Shown here one piece after another: positions 57,843 through 64,000 of a stretch of DNA of 64,000 nt (its first letter is position 1; each line of letters begins with the position of its first letter). The DNA is from Candidatus Hydrogenedens sp. (GTDB lineage Bacteria; Hydrogenedentota; Hydrogenedentia; Hydrogenedentales; Hydrogenedentaceae). Both the position numbers and the translations under genes were made by a program. Below the pieces are notes generated by a model. It saw only the letters and a program-made list of their open reading frames with translations. It ran no database searches and was not told the DNA's origin. The stretch covers positions 192,001 through 256,000 of the forward strand of contig JBMFRC010000003.1 of the NCBI GenBank assembly GCA_049968235.1. Direction: 5' to 3'.

Positions 57843-58502
57843 TTGTTCATGTATATAGGAAGAATTGTTTCTGTGGCACAAACAGAAGATGGTAGGCTTT
57901 GTGCTATGTATCGAGTATCCAGTCGCTCTTTTCCGAACCGTCAAGCGGTTTTGAATAACAACAAAGTATCCATTATTCCGATGGCAGGGTATGAAACAGA
58001 TGTTCAAAAAAATCCATACATTTCATACAATTGTCTAAGAAACATTTTAGAAGGTGAAGTGGCTGTATTAAGTAATGGAAGCCATACAGACCCGATTGCA
58101 GAAAAGATTATAAATGGCATGCCTACAAGAGATGCTATCGCTTTGACCTTAATGGCACTTGATTTTGAAAAAGATGATTATGCGACACCTCGCATTGTTG
58201 CAGTCGTTGATAAAGCGGAAGGTTCAGGCTGGTTAGGTGTAGTTCGTTCCGATGGACTGGAAGTCCGTCGTATGGATTTGAAACCGGGTCGGTTCTTTTA
58301 TGTCGCAACCTACGAGGAAAACTTTATCAGTTCCTGCCATAGTGGCGTTTTCCCTGCCATGTCAGCAGAAGAAGCCTGTGCCTTTATTTTAGGTGGAGGT
58401 GTCTTCTCAGAACGGACACATCCAATTACTGCTGTTACTGCAATGGCAACGGAGGATGGCTTTGACATTGTAATTCAAAATAGTCCTATTTTTGCTAAGT
58501 AA
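57843..58502 (+). CDS. purO: IMP cyclohydrolase, archaeal type (PurO)
   Basis: MYIGRIVSV...YRVSSRSFPNR...NPYISYNC...AVLSNGSHTDPIAEKI...TPRIVAVVD closely parallels Methanocaldococcus PurO MYLGRI...YRVSSRSFPNR...NPYIAYNC...VVSNGSHTD...TPRIAA. Confidence 0.8.
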   Translation: MFMYIGRIVSVAQTEDGRLCAMYRVSSRSFPNRQAVLNNNKVSIIPMAGYETDVQKNPYISYNCLRNILEGEVAVLSNGSHTDPIAEKIINGMPTRDAIALTLMALDFEKDDYATPRIVAVVDKAEGSGWLGVVRSDGLEVRRMDLKPGRFFYVATYEENFISSCHSGVFPAMSAEEACAFILGGGVFSERTHPITAVTAMATEDGFDIVIQNSPIFAK

Positions 58503-58554
58503 TTAAAATATACATCTATTGTACATAAATGCTTAAAACCAGAGGGGTCTGAGC

Positions 58555-59991
58555 ATGAAAGATTATAACCAGTATATAAGTCCATTTGTTGAGCGATTTG
58601 CCACAAAAGAAATGATTGCTCTCTGGAGTCCACAAAAAAAATTTTCCACATGGAGAAGGTGCTGGCTTGCTCTGGCAGAAGCAGAAAAAGAGTTGGGGCT
58701 TGAAATTACAGATGAACAAATTGAAGAGTTGAAGAATCACCTTGATGATATTGACTTTGAACAGGCTCGGAAATATGAAGAGAAAACAAGGCATGATGTG
58801 ATGGCACACATCCTTACCTATGGAGATGTGGCACCTAAGGCAAAACCCATTATTCATTTAGGGGCTACCAGTTGCTTCGTTACGGATAATACAGACCTTA
58901 TTTTATGTCGTGAAGCCCTTGTTCTCATTAGAAACAAAATTGTAGCAGTATTGAAAAGATTAAGAGATTTTGCCATTACATATAAAGACATGCCCGCTTT
59001 AGGTTTTACCCATTTTCAGCCGGCACAATTAGTAACTGTCGGTAAACGTGCATGTCTCTGGGCTCAGGACCTTGTCCTTGATTTCCAGCAAATAGAACAT
59101 TTCCTTTCCACAATTAAATGCAGAGGAGTGAAAGGGGCAACAGGAACACAGGCATCTTTCCTGGTTCTGTTCAATGGAGACCATGATAAGGTGAAACAAT
59201 TAGACCAGCGTGTGGCAGAAAAATTAGGTTTTGTAGAAACAATCCCTGTTACAGGGCAGACTTACACTCGAAAAATAGATACACAAATCCTCCAAATCTT
59301 AGCAGGTATTGGTGAATCTGTCCATAAATTTGGAACGGACCTTAGGCTGCTTCAAAACATGAAAGAAATGGAAGAACCCTTTGAAAAATCGCAGGTGGGT
59401 AGTTCTGCCATGCCCTATAAACGTAATCCCATGCGTGCAGAACGAGCATGTTCCTTAGCACGCTTTGTAATGGGCATCCCGATATATAGTGAATTTACAA
59501 CGGCTGTCCAATGGATGGAACGCACCTTAGATGATTCTGCTATTCGCCGAATTATCATACCTGAATCTTTTATGGCAACAGACGGCATACTTAATCTGTA
59601 TTTGAACATTATGGAAAATCCTGTTGTTTACCCAAAGGTAATTGAAAAACATGTCCGCGAAGAATTACCCTTTATGGCAACAGAAACACTTCTAATGGCA
59701 GGTGTAAAAAAAGGTGGAGACCGTCAAAAACTCCATGAAATTATTCGTAAACATGCACAATCTGCCGGTGAAAGAGTTAAAATGGAAGGAAAAGAGAATA
59801 ACTTGTTGCAAGAACTTGCCCGGGACCCCGAGTTCCCGTTAAACGAGGAGGAAATCAACGCATGTCTTGATGAAAAAGACTTTGTTGGAAGAGCACCGCA
59901 ACAAGTAGCAGAATTCATAAATGAGGTGATAGAACCAATTTTACAAAAGTATTCCTCCGCGATTGAAATTTCTTCTTCTATTTCCGTTTAA
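58555..59991 (+). CDS. purB: Adenylosuccinate lyase
   Basis: 478 aa, fumarate-lyase superfamily with a PurB-specific N-terminus (YISPFVERFATKEMIALWSPQKKF) and an adenylosuccinate lyase C-terminal domain. Confidence 0.9.
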   Translation: MKDYNQYISPFVERFATKEMIALWSPQKKFSTWRRCWLALAEAEKELGLEITDEQIEELKNHLDDIDFEQARKYEEKTRHDVMAHILTYGDVAPKAKPIIHLGATSCFVTDNTDLILCREALVLIRNKIVAVLKRLRDFAITYKDMPALGFTHFQPAQLVTVGKRACLWAQDLVLDFQQIEHFLSTIKCRGVKGATGTQASFLVLFNGDHDKVKQLDQRVAEKLGFVETIPVTGQTYTRKIDTQILQILAGIGESVHKFGTDLRLLQNMKEMEEPFEKSQVGSSAMPYKRNPMRAERACSLARFVMGIPIYSEFTTAVQWMERTLDDSAIRRIIIPESFMATDGILNLYLNIMENPVVYPKVIEKHVREELPFMATETLLMAGVKKGGDRQKLHEIIRKHAQSAGERVKMEGKENNLLQELARDPEFPLNEEEINACLDEKDFVGRAPQQVAEFINEVIEPILQKYSSAIEISSSISV

Positions 59992-60419
59992 AAAGGCATT
60001 TAATTATCTATTTCCACATCCTTTTTCTACTCAATTTATGAGGTCTATAAATACTTTTCCACAACTTATTCACATACTATTCCAACAGAATATCCTCAAA
60101 AGATTTCAAATGCTATTTTATTATTTATCAATGACTTATACTTGATTTTAGAATATTATTGACAAAATTTCGTGTTTTATTTCTTGACAATTCACCAGTT
60201 TATTCACATCATTAAAAATACCTGTTTTTCGATATTTTCAATCCGATAAACCAAGAACAGAAAAAGTTAAAAATGAGTGTATAAAGTAGGAGAAAAGCTT
60301 AGAACAACCAGGCAAATACGACAGGTTTTTTGTAAATTATTGATAGCATATATAAACAATTTTTATATGCTTTTATCAATTTTCTGTTTCCTCCTGTGTA
60401 AAAAACTCACTTGTTATTT

Positions 60420-60810
60420 ATCTGTGACCTTTGAACAAGTGGTGTAAGAGGTAATAAGGTAATAGTATAAATTATACAGGAGACCTCTGAACAATTCATG
60501 TAAGAAATTATGGTATAAACTACATATGTTTTTATGAGATAAAATCCCGATGAGAAATTAAAATACAAGAGCCTATATCTCTACATTTACCTATTTTATT
60601 TGTTATTTTCTGTCAGTTCTTCTATTTTCTTATTACCTATGCATACCTCCCCCCTTACTTCCTTAATTCCCATACATCCGATTCAAATTATATGCTGTTA
60701 TTAACAAGAAATGATAGGCTCCTCTCTCTGTGTCTGTCCGTGTCCTCCGTGGTGGGAAAAATGTATTTCGCCACAGAGAACACAGAGACACACGGAGAAA
60801 AGGGAGAAGA
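60420..60810 (-). repeat. Inverted ~350-390-bp copy of the 29700-30047 repeat module, with an extra ~30-bp tandem duplication at the TIR-like end
   Basis: The reverse complement of 60480-60810 aligns with 29700-30047. Motifs gagacctctgaacaattcatgtaag and gtgacctttgaacaagtggtgtaagagg were read directly. Confidence 0.55.
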
Positions 60811-60905
60811 AATCGTTCTACCGCTACCATTCAAATTACATGCGAAGGGAACACAAAGGTTTTTGAAAGAAAGATATAAGTGGAAAATTTAGGTATTGTT
60901 ATGTT

Positions 60906-61616
60906 TTAGATATTTTCCGGGATACAAGCTACTTTTTGTAGTCGTTGAATAAGTATATTTAGGGCATCTTCAACTTCTTTTCGGGTATTTTCAACCTGAT
61001 GTTCGTCTTCTGATGAAGGGGGAGGAATTATAGGTCCAAAACCGACATAAATTTTAGAAAAAGGTTTCGGAACAGGAAAACGGTCCCATGATTTTAGATG
61101 CCAGCACTTATTAACTATAGCCCCCATAGGAACAATGGGTGTTTTTGTTCTTGCAGAAAGAACTGCAATACCGGGTTTTGCAATTCGACGCGGACCTTTG
61201 GGTCCGTCCAATGTCCAGCCTACACACCCCTGATGTTCCAGTGCTTTTTGTAGCCCTTTCAATGCCTCGCTCCCACCGCTGGAACTTGACCCGCGAACAG
61301 CCTCCAATCCGAAACGATGAACAATACGCGAAGCCAATTCTCCATCATAACTATAACTTGTAAGGGTATGGAAATGTGTTGCCTGGAATAAGTAGGCTCC
61401 AAAAGCCATGTGTTCATGCCAGAAAGCGATTAATACTCGTCCTTCCGTTTCCATCGTGTGGTCAACATATTCCTCTTTATCAAATACAGTCCATTCACAG
61501 AGGGTAAAAAGATTTTTTAGAAGAAACGAAATAACAGGAGGAAGAATTGTTAATGCAATTTTTTGTCTTCGTGAAAAAATATAAGGACTGTCGTATGGTA
61601 TTTCAGGCAATCTCAC
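60906..61616 (-). CDS. DUF374 family protein (lysophospholipid acyltransferase-like)
   Basis: GWTLDGPKGPRRIAKPGIAVLSARTKTPIVP (the DGPRGP motif of DUF374). It overlaps panE by 14 nt. Confidence 0.55.
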   Translation of the reverse strand: MRLPEIPYDSPYIFSRRQKIALTILPPVISFLLKNLFTLCEWTVFDKEEYVDHTMETEGRVLIAFWHEHMAFGAYLFQATHFHTLTSYSYDGELASRIVHRFGLEAVRGSSSSGGSEALKGLQKALEHQGCVGWTLDGPKGPRRIAKPGIAVLSARTKTPIVPMGAIVNKCWHLKSWDRFPVPKPFSKIYVGFGPIIPPPSSEDEHQVENTRKEVEDALNILIQRLQKVACIPENI

Positions 61617-62499
61617 GCTGTTCTAAACTCCGAACCAACTGATAAACCGTCTTCGTTCGTGGTGTTGTGAGAAATGCAGATGTTCCACGCCGGACGATTT
61701 CGCCACTTATGGCATCTATTTCGGTCCGTTTCCCGGCGCGTATATCCTGCAACATAGAGGAGATATTGTTTGCTGTTTGCTCACATACTTCTTCTGCCAC
61801 TTCTACCAAACTTCGTGAGAAACGATAGCCCTCTGTCCCGGCTACCTTTGATGCTTCTATTACAAGTTCACGAAGTAATTCCCGTGCTTCTCGAATTTTT
61901 AACAGCATTCCGTTGGGGAGATTAAGGATAGCGGTTAGAGGATTAATGCCCGCATTAATAGCGGTTTTCTCCCAGATAACCTGACTGGGGCTTCCGGTAA
62001 TTTCCACGCGGAACCCTGCTCTTTCTAAAATTTCCATAGGCTCTTTTACGGATGCGGTAGTCCAGCTTCCGAAGGTTGTTAGTCCTGATGCTGTATGTCG
62101 AACTTTCCCCTCTTCTATTAATGTGCATGCTTCTGTAGTTATTCCTGCAAGAATATTCTCTACCCCTGTTTTTTTACAAAGGGTTTCGACATTTCCCAAT
62201 CCATTTTGTAATGTGAGAACAGGCGTGTCCGGAGGCAGGGTTAAATTGCCTGTTGAATAAGATTTCACTAAAACAATAATCAGGTTTTGTGTGGTGGGGA
62301 TATGTCCGGTTACATGTACATAATATTTCTCGCTCTGGTCGTTTTCTATGATTTCTATCCCATTTTTCAATAATCGATTAATTCGTTCCTGCTGATAGTC
62401 AATTAAATGGACACGAAATCCCGCTTTTGCAAGTTTTCCTGCAAAAAGACATCCTAAAGCACCTGGTCCGACCACACTCACAGCATATACATTATTCAT
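61603..62499 (-). CDS. panE: 2-dehydropantoate 2-reductase
   Basis: N-terminal VVGPGALGCLFAGKLAKAG Rossmann motif, the ApbA/PanE fold, and a conserved K..N...E region. Confidence 0.75.
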   Translation of the reverse strand: MNNVYAVSVVGPGALGCLFAGKLAKAGFRVHLIDYQQERINRLLKNGIEIIENDQSEKYYVHVTGHIPTTQNLIIVLVKSYSTGNLTLPPDTPVLTLQNGLGNVETLCKKTGVENILAGITTEACTLIEEGKVRHTASGLTTFGSWTTASVKEPMEILERAGFRVEITGSPSQVIWEKTAINAGINPLTAILNLPNGMLLKIREARELLRELVIEASKVAGTEGYRFSRSLVEVAEEVCEQTANNISSMLQDIRAGKRTEIDAISGEIVRRGTSAFLTTPRTKTVYQLVRSLEQREIA

Positions 62500-62573
62500 T
62501 TGTTTTGCCTCCTTTGGCTCTCATTGGCAATTTGTTTTTTATATTATAGACGAAGATATAATCTGTAAAAAAA

Positions 62574-63410
62574 CTATTTCTGCGGTTTAACAATAAATGC
62601 CTTTTTGAAATCGGGTTCTTGTGAAAGAATCTTCAACGATTCTCTCGCTGTCTTTTCGTCAGGGATATTTGTAACGATAATTTTATAAAACTTTCCATCT
62701 GGCTGAATTTTGAATACGAAATGGCTCCCGTATTTTTTCTGCAATTTATCCACCATACTTCGGGCTCTTTTTTCTGCATCATCACCTGTTAAAGCAGATA
62801 ACTGGATACTGTATGTTTTCGGTTTTTGTTTTATATTAACACTGGCAGTTACATCCTTTGGAGATGCAGTTTGTTTTGGGGCAGGAGATGTAATCATATC
62901 CTGGTCAATGGGCGGAGTTATTGGTGTTAACTCAACTTGGTTTGCAGGTTGTGAGTTATTGTTTATAGGGCTTGGGGTTGAGGTATCCGAAACAGGTGTT
63001 GTTGGTTTTTCATCTGTTTTCGGGGCTTCTGCATTGCTTTCCTTATTGGAAGGAGAAACGGTATTATTCCCTGTTTGTTCGGAAGTAGTTTTCTCAGAAG
63101 GAGAAGTAGTTTCTTCTTTTTCTGTTGTTCCTTCTGTGGAGGTTATATTTGTATCTCCGGTTGCAGGAATTTCATTTTTGGGTAATTCCGTTTTCTCTAT
63201 ATTTTTTGTTTCATCTGCCGTTTCTGTTTGTTTTGGGGGTTGTGCCAATTGCGTTGCAAATTCTTTTTTGCCTATGTAAACTCCGAACAGAAATACAAAA
63301 ACGAAGAAGAAAATCAAACCGACCAAAATAAATAAGAATTTTTTTAGAGAGATATAAATCCCCCACGGTTCTTTCTTATTCGTCATCGGTGAATGAAAAT
63401 CATTATACAT
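62574..63410 (-). CDS. SPOR domain protein with an N-terminal TM and a Thr/Ser/Pro-rich linker
   Basis: The C-terminal ~75 aa is SPOR-like: YSIQLSALTGDDAEKRARSMVDKLQKKYGSHFVFKIQPDGKFYKIIVTNIPDEKTARESL. Confidence 0.55.
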   Translation of the reverse strand: MYNDFHSPMTNKKEPWGIYISLKKFLFILVGLIFFFVFVFLFGVYIGKKEFATQLAQPPKQTETADETKNIEKTELPKNEIPATGDTNITSTEGTTEKEETTSPSEKTTSEQTGNNTVSPSNKESNAEAPKTDEKPTTPVSDTSTPSPINNNSQPANQVELTPITPPIDQDMITSPAPKQTASPKDVTASVNIKQKPKTYSIQLSALTGDDAEKRARSMVDKLQKKYGSHFVFKIQPDGKFYKIIVTNIPDEKTARESLKILSQEPDFKKAFIVKPQK

Positions 63411-63945
63411 GGGAAATACTATCTTGCGGGTTTGGGTTTTCCTTTTCGGGGTTACCTTCGAGTCGCTCTAAAACAATTTTTTTGGCTTCTTCCATTTCAG
63501 AGAAAGAAAAATTGGGGTCTCTTACCTCAATAACACGGTCGTCTATACGGTCAATATACATGATTATATAACCATCTCTCTGGGAGATTGCTATTTCTTT
63601 TATCTTTTTAAATATTTTTTCCCTTCTTAATAATTGGGAAGTAAGAAAAGCGATAGCAAGTTCCATACGCGAGTGTTCTTTTTCTGCAGATTCATAAAAA
63701 AGTTTTCGGAGAGGAGAATCTATGGTTTCTTGTTCTTTTCTTTGGACTTTTATATCAATATAGCGATGTCGCCATTGTGATAACGACTCTTGCTTGCCCT
63801 GCTGTTCCCAGCACGAAAGACAAAAGTCTTGCCGTAACCATTCTTTGTTTTTTTCAAGAATCCGTGACCAAATCCATTCTTCGTGTATAAACGGTTTCTC
63901 ACAGGAAAGACATTTTATTCCATTCCGAGATATCTTTATTTCCAT
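63403..63945 (-). CDS. Hypothetical protein with an N-terminal CxxC...CxxC zinc-ribbon-like motif
   Basis: CLSCEKP...CLSCWEQ. No family recognised. Confidence 0.3.
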   Translation of the reverse strand: MEIKISRNGIKCLSCEKPFIHEEWIWSRILEKNKEWLRQDFCLSCWEQQGKQESLSQWRHRYIDIKVQRKEQETIDSPLRKLFYESAEKEHSRMELAIAFLTSQLLRREKIFKKIKEIAISQRDGYIIMYIDRIDDRVIEVRDPNFSFSEMEEAKKIVLERLEGNPEKENPNPQDSISHV

Positions 63946-64000
63946 GTCAACATCACCTCCATTTCACAAACAATTATCGCAAATTGTGGAGATATACTTC

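Noticed and set aside
1-64000. CRISPR arrays, rRNA genes, intact transposases, integrases or phage structural genes
   Set aside because: None were found. The only direct or inverted repeat families are the IS-remnant-associated repeats described above. No regularly spaced short repeats were seen.

Overview
This 64 kb window comes from a low-GC (~40%) bacterial chromosome. The gene content suggests the Planctomycetes/Verrucomicrobia superphylum: DUF1573 and DUF1080 proteins, two TAT-secreted Gfo/Idh/MocA oxidoreductases, an Ogl-like lyase, and repeat proteins with PASTA and dockerin-like domains. That assignment is inference only.

Most of the window is housekeeping: metH, gap-pgk, rpsO-pnp-M16 peptidase, trmB, rpsU, rpsA, an ilvB-like enzyme, panE, purB, tRNA-Leu(CAG) and tRNA-Lys(UUU). 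No CRISPR array, rRNA or intact transposase is present.

The observations most worth a second look are:
- A 940-aa transmembrane Ser/Thr kinase whose extracytoplasmic domain is a degenerate paralogue of a standalone PqaA-family (PhoPQ-activated pathogenicity-related) lipoprotein 31 kb away, which itself sits next to a MacAB-type ABC exporter.
- A ~700-bp element (29344-30047) bounded by 17-bp terminal inverted repeats and carrying an IS5/InsH-like transposase N-terminal fragment. A ~350-bp inverted partial copy lies at 60420-60810, and a ~65-bp fragment sits at the window start.
- A coiled-coil protein ending in a GspE-N/MshEN domain with the canonical c-di-GMP-binding motif, in an operon with a secreted nucleoside hydrolase and a ROK kinase.
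- An archaeal-type IMP cyclohydrolase PurO next to purB.
- A YafJ-type class II glutamine amidotransferase that must start at a non-AUG codon (ATT/ATA).
- Two genes broken at homopolymer or short frameshift sites: a lipoprotein split at an A9 run, and a beta-rich outer-membrane-like protein whose last ~50 codons, ending in a C-terminal Phe, lie in another frame.
- A bactofilin gene directly downstream of a LytM/M23 peptidase.
- PGK with a CGCGCTCC C-terminal tail.
- A standalone Macro_2-type (DarG/TARG1-like) macro domain next to the two tRNA genes.

All calls rest on reading the translated ORFs and the DNA by eye. No database search was run, so family names and coordinates are best estimates.
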